A DNA stretch of 64,000 nt from Phoronis australis (taxonomy: Eukaryota > Animalia > Phoronida): contig NMRA01000010.1 of NCBI GenBank assembly GCA_002633005.1, forward strand, positions 737,252 to 801,251, given 5' to 3'. The position numbers and the translations under genes are program-made. The notes under the pieces were generated by a model that made no database searches, was not told where the DNA came from, and saw nothing but the letters and a program-made list of their open reading frames with translations. Within the stretch, counting starts at the first letter, position 1, and each line of letters starts with the position of its first letter. Positions 1-10,292 of the stretch are shown here, one piece after another.

Positions 1-48
1 TACATCTGGTTTTAAACTTCCCTATCACCACATTGTACTGCCACCCAC

Positions 49-154
49 CGTCAGCGAAGTCCGTGGTTGTATGGTAGTCCACTGCACGGTCATTTTTATT
101 CCCAACCCTTCCTACTAGATCCTTCTTTGTACCAGCCAAATATATCTTGCACTT
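49..154 (-). CDS. RAB24: Rab24 coding exon 4 (KCKIYLAGTKKD...DFAD)
   Basis: Poly-T tract then TAG acceptor; 35 codons plus 1 nt with G4 motif TKKD; donor GTGGGT. Confidence 0.9.
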
Positions 155-921
155 CTAAAAAAAAAAATAAAGCAATGGTTCAAGGTGCTTTTGTTACACA
201 ACATGGTTACAAGCATTAGCAGAGTCATGCCTAGACCAGCATTACAGCACTAAACTGAGACAGACCGAAGCTGTCACCAAATGTGAAGTACCAGTGTTAT
301 GCATTCCAAAGGTCTACTGTTGCTACATGTAATTGAATGCATAACTTCACAGGCTTGTCAATAAGGTCCTACACAACCTTATACAACTTAATAAGTTATT
401 ATAATATACCCATAAAACTACATGTTTTAATATTCTTGATGATTACAGAATGTTTTGTGTACGAAAGCCGTGCCTAGATGTTCGTAATCACACGATTGCA
501 TTTTTTTTCAAAAACCTGAGTTTTTAGGAAATTATCACAACAACAATTTGTTGCAACAAAATTGCCAATTCTGTTTCTAAGCTACAAATACATGTCTGTG
601 CTTTTCACTTAAGTACAAATTTCAGAGAATAAAATTCGGAGGACTATACATGGACCTTCACAGATTAAGATGAAGATACGAGTAAGTTTGCACATGTACC
701 AAATAGACCTCAAACACATATAACATTTTTTTATCCCGTCGACTGGGATTTAGAGTTCAATCAAATTTATAACAAAGGAAAAGAATGACCAAAAGCCTAC
801 AAAACAAGATGAAAATTTAATTGTATCAACATCTGTCTTTGCCGCAACAACAGTGATCAGTGTGGCGTATCAGACAGTCAACAACATTGACAATCGCTCC
901 TCTTGTGACGTACAGCACCCA

Positions 922-973
922 TTGTTGCTGTTGTTGTTGTTGTTGTTGCCAGCAACGGTGATTGTTGTTGTTA
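922..973. repeat. (TTG)n microsatellite in RAB24 intron
   Basis: ttgttgctgttgttgttgttgttgttg, followed by a second short run. Confidence 0.85.
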
Positions 974-1022
974 CAACGTCCTAAGTGTCACGCACCCATT
1001 ATAAAACCTCGAAAAAGTTTAC

Positions 1023-1169
1023 CTCCTCATTTTTCAATAATTCATCAATCCAAAACCGTGCTCTGTCAAAACTTGTCCTGTCAGTCAAATCAAAGCAGAC
1101 GACTGCCGCCTTGGCACCTCTGTAATAAATACGGCTCATGGCTTCGTATCTTTCACTTCCAGCTGTGTC
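1023..1169 (-). CDS. RAB24: Rab24 coding exon 3 (DTAGSE...KNEE)
   Basis: Acceptor TTTAG, 49 codons with [19 protein letters not shown], donor GTAAAC; not in the ORF track, translated by hand. Confidence 0.95.
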
Positions 1170-1338
1170 CTAAACAAATCGGGAACAGTTAAATTAGCCA
1201 TGACAAACAGAGGCACATTTCATGCAACTGTAATTCGAATTGCGTACCAGGCGTCTCAACCATAGTAATAATTTGTTTGGTACTAACTGAAGAACATAAT
1301 CTGCACACGCTCATGGACTTGGTCACATCAATACCTAC

Positions 1339-1407
1339 CCAAATACCCAAGACCAACGCTTGCCCGTCCACCTCAACTCTTTTGGCACCAAAGGCAGCAC
1401 CAATCGT
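1339..1407 (-). CDS. RAB24: Rab24 coding exon 2 (TIGAAF...LGIW)
   Basis: Acceptor TTTCAG, 23 codons with switch I TIGAAF, donor GTAGGT. Confidence 0.95.
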
Positions 1408-1681
1408 CTGAAATAAGTTAACAGGTATACTCTTTTTGTGGGTAATTTGGCAGCAAATTCTCTTTACCACACGTTTCGTCAAATACATCATTTACCAACT
1501 TCAGTTAGTTTAGCCACCTAATTCTCCACAAGCATTTGGGAAGGTTTTTCATAGTCTTTAACTTGCAGTTCAATCAAACACACTCCACGAGGGTAATCCT
1601 GCAATATAGCTGTCTAAACTAAAAGTTATCAGAAGTCATGAGAACCAATTCTTCCACGGCAGTTATTCACGGCACAAACAG

Positions 1682-1794
1682 TGGCAATAGTCTGATATAA
1701 CATGCCCGCATTTTGAGAACCAGTTAGATGCCCGTTATTTAATGGAGAAAACTAGTTCTCAAAATTCGGGCACGTTATATCAGACCATTACCCA
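1682..1794. mobile_element. Short palindromic MITE-like hairpin in RAB24 intron 1
   Basis: Arms 1682-1725 and 1750-1794 are near-perfect reverse complements (TCTGATATAACATGCCCGCATTTTGAGAAC / GTTCTCAAAATTCGGGCACGTTATATCAGA). Confidence 0.75.
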
Positions 1795-2599
1795 AAGAGT
1801 TTAACTTAAAGAAGACTTTGAATGACCTTTCAATTGCAAAGCATTATCTTTTGTTCTACCAAGCATTATTTATAAATAACATTTCCCATCCAAATAATGG
1901 AAACCAAGTTGTGCATTGGAAGAGAGTGGCACCTCCTCTCGGAGAATTTAACAAGAAAATGTCCGTGTTGCATGATCTATGGTGGGAGTAACATGTTCTC
2001 AATGACTTCCGATAGATTAATAGTTGGTGGCATGTCAGTCTCCACAATAACTGATACAGGAAATCAGTCATTTAGTTGGCATAACAGCGAGATAAGAAAC
2101 TTTCCTCCCGCAGATACTTCTTAATGGTGGATTGAATTCAATTACAAAGTAACACAGAAAGCTATGGAACATTAAATTTCTATTAAATGGACAATACTGG
2201 TGAGAAAAGTGATTTTCTGAGATCAATAAGCCCCACTACGTAATTGAAACTGAAACCTTCACAATTGCATTATAACACTCTGTTGTTGGAGCTAAATCCA
2301 ACCCAATAAATGAAACAGTATTTTAAGTGTGTTTAACTGGCAGACAATGGCCAGACTTAGAGTTTTGTATTAAGAAAAAAACAACAGATTTTGTCGTTAT
2401 AGCTGTGGTAAAATTAATAACTTCAAAAAGTCAATCACAAACGAATTACAATAATCCGAAAATTCATTTTTCAGTCGCAAAACTGCTGTCTTTTTAATGT
2501 ACTATGTATAATTAAGTAAGTTAGTCGGAAGAATTATAGAGCGTAAACAACAATCCAAAAAAGTCAATGACTGTTATGCCTAAAGTCAAATAGTCTTAC

Positions 2600-2719
2600 A
2601 TTTTGATATGGCGTATCTCCTGACCACCTGTTATGCAAATATCGTTCAACCAGGCTTGTCTTTCCTCCATACTCTTTTCCCAGCAGAACTATTTTCATAT
2701 CAACCCGACTTCCACTCAT
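2600..2719 (-). CDS. RAB24: Rab24 coding exon 1 (ATG to PYQN)
   Basis: ATG at 2719-2717; 40 codons including the P-loop GKEYGGKTS; donor GTAAGA follows at 2599. Confidence 0.95.
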
Positions 2720-3000
2720 TTTTCTGTTTGCTTCCTGCTTCTCTGACATCAGAAATAACCCGACAAAATACTCCAAACCTCCAAGAACTACGTAATTCAC
2801 GAAGGAAAAGTCACACAGTCATGACGTTACATAAAAGTTGTTTTCAGGCAAAGGCATAGGATGCGCTCGATATAAGCAGGAACTGAAACAGAAATAAAAC
2901 AGATGTACCATAAACCAACATTTTGGACATTGGTAAACATCCGATCCAGCACGAACAGTCGAGTGCTATATCGACTTGGTAAACAAAATGGTCGCCCAGC
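2720..3000. promoter_or_regulatory. Likely RAB24 promoter/5' region, possibly bidirectional with THG1L
   Basis: Lies immediately upstream of the RAB24 ATG; locally richer in CpG than the flanking introns; CRE-like TGACGTTA at ~2822. TSS not determinable from sequence. Confidence 0.4.
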
Positions 3001-3576
3001 AAAAACAAAACTGCTGTTTACAAATGAGATTTAAAAACTTATAGTTAAGAGGATGTTAGATAAAATCAAGCAATGGTATCACTTTTTACCCATTCAGAGA
3101 AGTGGTTAACGCAGATAACTCACTCAGATTATTGTGAAACGGGAAGTGTACTGGTTCATGAGTTGTAATAAAAACCAAACCAAAAGAAGTTAGATAAATT
3201 GAAAAAATAGTTTATTCATTAAAAAAATACAAAAATAACAATGCATAAAAACTTAAAACTATGAAAATTAAACAGTATGTACAACAAATGTTCACAAAAA
3301 TGATTTATTTTCCATTAAACAATTCACTTTCTATAAATAAATTTACAGTTTTATAAAAGTCCAAGATGTCTGCGCCCAAGATAACTAACGCTGTGTGGTA
3401 ACAATCAGCTGTTTCAAGCGTTAAATAAGGTTAAACCAATTTTGAATCGAGTTTATTTAGATTTCCTGTTTTTGTTTAATTATTTCGGCAAATTACCATT
3501 TACAAAAATCAGTTTACACTAGATTACAACAATTTTTGAAACTTGTACTGTAGACAGTGACTGGTCACCGTCTTAG

Positions 3577-4200
3577 TCTAGCTGACTATTACTAGTAATA
3601 CTAATACTTGAGTAGAGTCTAGAGACTGTGTAGCTCCTATAGGAGCTTCATACACTGGAATCTTTTTTGGCGAATTATGCCTCACACTGACTGAAATATC
3701 AAAGTCACGTTCGTCGTTGTTATAATTACCTTTTGCACTTAGTCTTAGAGGGACACCTGGCTATAGCCAGGTCTAGGACAAGGTCCGACAAGGAGGCCGT
3801 CGATGTATTCAGTTCTTTCCAATACTCCCGTTATCAAAGTTTTTTTTTTGTTCATGGAGTCCCTCGTTCACTTCCTTAAGTCGGAAACTCACCATTTTTA
3901 ACACTGCACGGCAGGTGGTATGACATCATATCCCCTGGCGTGCGCTGTGTAAAAATGGGCAGTTACCGATTTTGGGAACTGAATCGGAGGGACTGCCCGA
4001 GGAAAAAGTTTGATAACGGTAGTATTTCTTTTAGTTGGAAGGAATAAAATACATCAACGGCCTCCTAAGGTGGCCCTCTATGCGCAAAAGGTATTTATAA
4101 CAACGTAATTTCGATGTTTTAGTCAGTGTGAGGCATTACTGATTCCCTGACGTATGAGGCTCTTATAGGAGCTATGTGAACACTGTCTCTAGTCAGCTAG
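3577..4200. mobile_element. ~620-bp imperfect foldback (palindromic non-autonomous DNA element)
   Basis: Symmetry centre TATGACATCATA at 3919-3930; paired blocks include TAGCTCCTATAGGAGCTTCATAC/GTATGAGGCTCTTATAGGAGCTA, GCCTCACACTGACT/AGTCAGTGTGAGGC, AGGAGGCCGTCGATGTATT/AATACATCAACGGCCTCCT and CTAGCTGACT/AGTCAGCTAG. Confidence 0.8.
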
Positions 4201-5486
4201 AAAGAGTAGTTTTTAGACATAACTGTTAGTTCTAGGGTCCATGCATTTAAGTATAAAGAGGGGTATCCCATAATAGTCACACATCATCACCAAAGTTCAA
4301 GCCTCTGCATGCTGTTGCACATGGGGCACTTTAGCGTAAAACAATTTTAAGTTGAGGGTATTTACGTAAAAGCTGTTAATAGGTACCCTGGCACCGAGTG
4401 TGTCATTTATTGATTAACCCCCACTACATGGATAGATGTTGTTTAATAGTTATCCATTCAAAAATATTCTGCATTTGCAAGATGCCAAGAGAATTTTTTG
4501 TAAAACCAGTTAGAATAGTTTTTATCCAACCAGAAATTAAACCCCCCAATCTGTTGCAGTCTGCTTCCTTCACCACTGGGACAACAAGCTACACCTACAA
4601 ATCGTTGATAAAAGGAGGCCTTAGTGATGTATATTTTCCTGCATATTTGGAAACCTGACATTTATTGGGCACCCACCCAGCTTAGTTTGTGGTGTTTTAT
4701 TTCAAACTGGTGTCCATGAAAAGCTAATGGCAATCTCTAAGATTCATGAATTATGTGGGGTTTTCATGTTGTGAACCTGGCAAATGGTTGCCTGCATCTA
4801 TACCAATTGTTGAAAAACCTACCTGTGTCGAGAATTCCACTTTTGCCAACACCGTGTCTTGAAGCTCCGCTTTAGTTATTCACCTAGGGTAAAGTCGCGC
4901 GATTTTACCGTTCTTGAGATGATTCCGTGTTACAAAGCCAAAAAAGTCGTCTGAGATAATTCCCAAGATGGCACGTCCCTACCAACAAGAGAGAGACACG
5001 TGGATGGAGGGTCTCTGACTAGAACTGATGAAAGTCTGCATGGCTTATTCTACCCCGACAACACAGTTTACTGACCTGTAGCTGTAAGGTCATGTGGCTG
5101 ATATACAAACATGGCCTCACACACCCAAAACATGGCTTGTGCACCCCAAAGACATGGATCACTGACTCATATAACTATGACTCAGTGGAGAGCCCACGAA
5201 CTGTATTTACTGGTGCTGGAGTCATGTTTGCAGTTCAGGAGCTGTGCTTTTTGGGGTACTTGTTCATGAGTATCTGAACTATGCCATTCGGGAAGACCTG
5301 TGAGTTTATGTACAGAGGTACAAAAATTTTATTTCTCTCAGCATTCTAAAGGTCAAATTGAGGGTGGTAGGTCAACAATCCAAGTCTTTAAAATTTTAAG
5401 GTCAAGACCTTATGGCAGTAAATATACACTTGGAATAATTACCATAACTTTATTCTGTTTTGTATTACAGGTAATGGTGACTGGTG

Positions 5487-5680
5487 ATGATATTCACTTC
5501 GCAACTTCTACCTCTGAGAAAAGTTGCACGAAACGTCTCCTGTTTATTAAAGCCTATCAGCACATTGGAACCACTCATGGCCAATAGTAAATTTGAATAT
5601 GTCCGCCAGTTTGAGTCTGATGACCGATGTCTGCCCAACTGTTGGATTGTAGTCAGAGTTGATGGAAAAGGCTTTCACAA
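5487..5680 (+). CDS. THG1L: THG1L coding exon 1 (putative presequence plus MANSKFEYV...GFH)
   Basis: Acceptor TTACAG ends at 5470; in-frame ATGs at 5487 and 5577; donor GTGAGC at 5681. Confidence 0.92.
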
Positions 5681-6268
5681 GTGAGCAAACCATGTCGCAA
5701 AATGCATTTCTTTATTTGTCAAAGGTTAAAACGATAAGTTCTGCCGTCTATGCTCCTTGCTTGTTTTCTTTGTCTCGCTATTGCTTCATAAATCCATAAC
5801 ACTACTACTGCTATCACCAAACGGCTAGTTTCGGGTTACTTGAACTATTAAAATGGAAATCGACAAAAAGCTGACCATATTCTAGTGCTAAAGCGCTGAC
5901 TTTCCTGATGGGTGTATTAATTGACCTTCTGAAGCAACATCATCTCATTCTTATTCTTTTGCTTGAATTGAAATTGGTTTCAATAAATTGACAAGAATTA
6001 CCTTAATGGCAATTCTACCTTGGTTAGTGCAGGTTATTTGTCGTGACTTTTAATTTACCTAGACTGAAGAGATGAGGACTGATCAGTTCTTCTTAAGGCT
6101 AAAAACATTTCTTATCTGAGTAAGAGATGAGATTAGGTCAGTTTTTATAGCAATAAGTGGCGTAAATCAAAAGTTTTTTTTTGTCAGAAGGGACTAGTTC
6201 ATTGCCTGTTTAACTGGAAATTGCTTTGGCTGATAAACATTGTCTCAAGAATTTGGTTCTTTTTCCAG

Positions 6269-6445
6269 GTTTTCAGATGTGCATGAGTATGCCAAGCCCA
6301 ATGATGACCGTTCACTTGGACTAATGACCCAATCAGCGCGGTCAGTTATGGCAGAGTTCAAAGACATTGTCCTGGCTTATGGCCAGAGTGACGAATACAG
6401 CTTTGTGTTCAAGAAAAAGACAACCTCGTACAACAGGAGAGCAAG
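6269..6445 (+). CDS. THG1L: THG1L coding exon 2 ([14 protein letters not shown]...YGQSDEYSF...RRA)
   Basis: Acceptor TTCCAG, donor GTTTGT; carries the catalytic SDE motif. Confidence 0.95.
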
Positions 6446-7821
6446 GTTTGTTGCTTGGGAATTGTGTGGTTTGAACAAAGAAGGGAGTCGAATGGCTTGG
6501 TGCTTTTGGCTGTGTAGCAGGTGTGCATTAGTCTTCTAAATTATACAGAAGTCAAACCTTCATTTTTAATCATGTGAATTGTTAAAATCCTCTACACTAT
6601 TACAATCAATTCAGTGCCTTCAATTGCTTCAAAGGATTAAATATATTTCTGGTCCCTTCACTGTTTTGTGATAAGGACTAGTCCTGATTTGGTTACATCT
6701 TAAGGTTAGGGTTGTAGTTTCACTCTGGGCTTCGCTGCTCACTCATCCATGGGCGTAATAAAACCATTTTCTTCTCAGCCAGGACCATAAACCATTTGTT
6801 TGTGTTTAGTTACAAAGTCCATTTGGCATAGTTGTGTGGCAGGGTTTAAAAATAACTGCTTTCACCAACATTGGAGGTCAATTTCAAAAAGCCTATTGTG
6901 TGTGAATGACACCCATGGTTGACCACCATCTGCAACATTCTAAACCACTATGCAAACGAGTTACCTCCTCCATGCCCCAAATAGTTTGGTCTTGATGTTC
7001 CAGATACAAATTTCAAGCTGCTGTTCTATTTCTGGTGTAGAAAGTTTGTGAGATTACTGTAATCCATGGTATGTATTGTTCAAAGGTATTACGTAATTTT
7101 AGGGATTTCTCATTAAATTTCATTGCAAAACTGAAGCTGATTTTGAATAAGAAGAGACAAAAGATCTGAGAAACATAAAAAACATACATTTTCAAGCTAA
7201 AACCGTTTTGGACCAAGTTTTGAAAATGAGACGTCTAATCAGTGGATTACCCTTTCCATGTGTGCACAGGCTTCAAGGATGGCGAAGAAGTGTAATCTTT
7301 GAACTTCATTTTCAACTTTTGATGTGTCCACCTGTAGTAGAAGCTTAGGTGCTTGGGTCTGTGTGCAAAACACCTTTTGTGTTGTTTTGAGTATCGTCAC
7401 GTGTTGTGTCTTAATACGGTAAAAATTCTCCTTTTTAGGACAATTTGTAAAATTTTGGACACTGACATTCAAGGCGAAATTGATCTTTTTTGATTTTGAA
7501 GATTGGGACATTTGTTGTATTTCTTAAATATTGGGCACTCTGTTTTTATTAACAATCTGAAAAGAAATGGCAACATTTTCCTGAGACTCCATAGTGTAAC
7601 AACGAGGCCAATGATAGTTTGTCGTTGATCATAATTCTTGACTTAGGGAGGACCAGTATTGCCTAAATCTAAAATTTGGCACAAGGTTTGGCCTTGAGCG
7701 AAGTAATTAATTTTCATTCTCCTAAACTGGAAAATATTTACTGTATGTGCATGTACATATAATTGTTTTATTGCCCCCTATGGATTCTGACTAACCCAGT
7801 CCAGAATGCAGATTTGCATCA

Positions 7822-9536
7822 TTTTTATGCGCCCACATATATGCGGGTGCATTATGCCATTATCTCTGTCCATGCATCTATTCGTCTGCCTGTCTGGCGT
7901 CCATCCAGTGTCTGTCCAGCATCCGCTCCTGTGTCTCTGACTGAAACCCCTTGATGTATTTTGCAGTGATGTTTCTTTCACGGATGGGACAGCATGAGTG
8001 AATTTTCGGAGGGATCCAAGTACCGGTGTGCTCCCTAGTGGCAATTTTATTTTTTTATGTTGTTCCTTTTTGGATTTTCATGAAATTTGGCAAATAGGTA
8101 TCTATTTAGAAGATGACACCACCTTCACGTTTTCAAATGGATTCGACATGTTTTGCACCACGTAGTGGCCACTTGTACTGTTTTCAAATTTTTTGCCATC
8201 TGCCCCCTATAGACCAAATCACTATAAGTGTGATTATGACAATTGACTCATATGTTTCTACTGGGAAGAGGATGGCTGATGATGGTTTTTGGATGTCTCC
8301 CACTGCAGTGGCTCCACCTAGTGGCAGTTTTTTACGTCTATGACTGTATCTCTTAAACCCTGTGCAAGATCTTTGTTAAATTTGGCTAGCATATTTATAT
8401 GAAAGTGACAACAGGTGGCGTCGACTTTGGGATACATCCAATAATCGCTGTGCCCCCTAATTGCAATTTAATTTTTTTCGGTTTTCCTCTGTATCTTTAG
8501 AGTTCTTGGACAGATTTTTATGAAATTTGGTTAATAAATTCCTGTTAAGAAGACGATGACATCTTTTCATTTTCAGATGGATTTAACATAGTGCCCACCA
8601 CCTAGTGGCCATTTTTATTATTTTTGAGTCTGTTTTTCATGCTCGACTCTCTTGTCGGCCAAAACATTCATAAGATGGTCGTGAAATTTGACATATGTAT
8701 CTTCTTACTGAGAAGAGGGCATGTGACAATGGTTTTTGAACAGCGCCGACTACTGGTAACACTTCCTAGTGACAGTTTTGTTTTTGTTGCGTTCGTGGCT
8801 GTATCTCCTAAACCCTCTGCAAGATCTTTAAATTTGACAAGTGTATTTGTATGAAAGTTACAGTGGATGACATCAGACGGATCTGACTCCCACTGTGTCC
8901 CCTTGTGGCAATTTTATTTTCTCCATTTTCCTCTGTATATTTGGAGTTCCTTGGTAGATTTTTATGAAATTTGGAAAATAGATCTCTATTATTGAGGCTA
9001 TGGCACCTTTTCACTTTCAGATGGATTTGACGTGGTGTGCGCTTCCTAGTGGCCGTTTGTTTTATTAAGTTTTAGTCCATTTTGGCATTCGTCTCTCTAT
9101 CAGCCTATGCACTTGTAATGAAAATTGGTAAATGTGTTCCTAGTGGGAAGAGCATTGTTGACTATTCTTGGAAAATTTGACTACTGTGGCGCCTCCTAGT
9201 TTCAGTTTGCTTTTTTCGCTTCCGCAGCTGTTTCTCGCTGCTGGATCTTTGTGAAATTTGGAAAGTGTCTTTTATGAAGGGGACAACAGATGGCGATGTT
9301 TAGACGTATCTGACTACCACTGTGACCACAGTGCCAGTTTTAATTTTTTATGTGCTTCGCAGGTATGTTCCTATTGAGGAGAGCATTGCTCACTTGCTAT
9401 GCACATCACAGAGGCCATTTTAATTTTACTAGCATTGCTCCATTTGGTGAGAATGTTTAAAATAGTAATCATCTCTTGTGTCTGCTATATATACGATGCG
9501 CACGGTGGGCGCATATCGAGGCTATGCTTTGCTCTT
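7822..9536 (+). mobile_element. Helentron-associated (HINE/DINE-like) non-autonomous element with internal tandem array, in a THG1L intron
   Basis: T-run then subTIR TATGCGCCCAC (7826-7836) with a nearby stem-loop partner; degenerate (TCYG)n tract 7866-7917; ~145-bp tandem units marked by TGAAATTTGG and CCTAGTGGC; inverted subTIR GTGGGCGCATA at 9505-9515, then a short 3' tail and TTT. Confidence 0.75.
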
Positions 9537-10122
9537 TATGAGTGTCGGAAAGTCAAGAGGAGTTAATGGCTTTAAGAGTGCTTTATAAAGAGACTTGAAA
9601 CATTTCTCATTTACATTCTCACAGTTCTTCTCTGTTTCAGTTCTACAAAAATAAAAAAAACAAAATGCATAGCAAACCTCACCCATACAGACAAAATGCA
9701 AATTCGAAAATACCAAATACGAAAATACCATGAAAATACCTCAATATTGCCGCTCCCATCCTCTCCTCTCTGACACCAAATGTGCACTGCCCACCCAACT
9801 GTATAAATCAAGTCAGCACACACAACAGTTCATACTCAAATGTGAGTCAGATGACATGCAAATCACATTCAGCCTATTCAGCCTACAAACAGCCATGAAT
9901 ATACACGTGTCCAACAAATGTGAAGTATCTTACACTCTTGTTCTAGCAGACATTGTGCCAGTGTCATGAATTTGGGACTGTTTTCATGAACCCCAAGTAT
10001 TTGAAATTGACCCCGAAAATATGGAAGGTGGGTTCACTGGACCCCAATGTTTGGGAATGTAGAGTAAACACTGCAGTATATTCTATCATGTATTATAAAC
10101 TAAAGCGGTGCTTTGATTTCAG

Positions 10123-10292
10123 CAAACTAATGACCAACGTCTGTAGCCTGTTTGCCTCATCGTTTGTGTTCCACTGGCCCCAATGTTTTCCTGCCTGTGC
10201 TCTGCAGTACCCCCCGGCATTTGATGCCAGAGTTGTACTGTATCCAAGCGACCAGAACCTGCGGGACTACCTCAGTTGGAGGCAAGCTGACT
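10123..10292 (+). CDS. THG1L: THG1L coding exon 3 (KLMTNVCS...WRQAD)
   Basis: Acceptor TTTCAG, donor GTACGT; motif [27 protein letters not shown]. Confidence 0.95.

Larger units (their letters stand above)
49..2719 (-). other. RAB24: RAB24 gene (Ras-related protein Rab-24), 5' part; coding exons 2719-2600, 1407-1339, 1169-1023, 154-49; continues beyond the window's left edge
   Basis: Spliced translation [40 protein letters not shown]|TIGAAFGAKRVEVDGQALVLGIW|[49 protein letters not shown]|KCKIYLAGTKKDLVGRVGNKNDRAVDYHTTTDFAD. Rab24-diagnostic GKEYxGKT P-loop, DTAGSE (S instead of catalytic Q) and TKxD (instead of NKxD). All introns GT-AG and in phase. Confidence 0.96.

Noticed and set aside
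2720-2800. N-terminal extension of Rab24 suggested by the ORF track
   Set aside because: Rab24 homology begins at MSGSRVD (2719); upstream in-frame ATGs are more likely 5' UTR or promoter, untestable without TSS data
5020-5075. TGATGA...CTGA as a C/D-box snoRNA
   Set aside because: Only ~50 nt between boxes, no terminal stem and no recognisable rRNA guide
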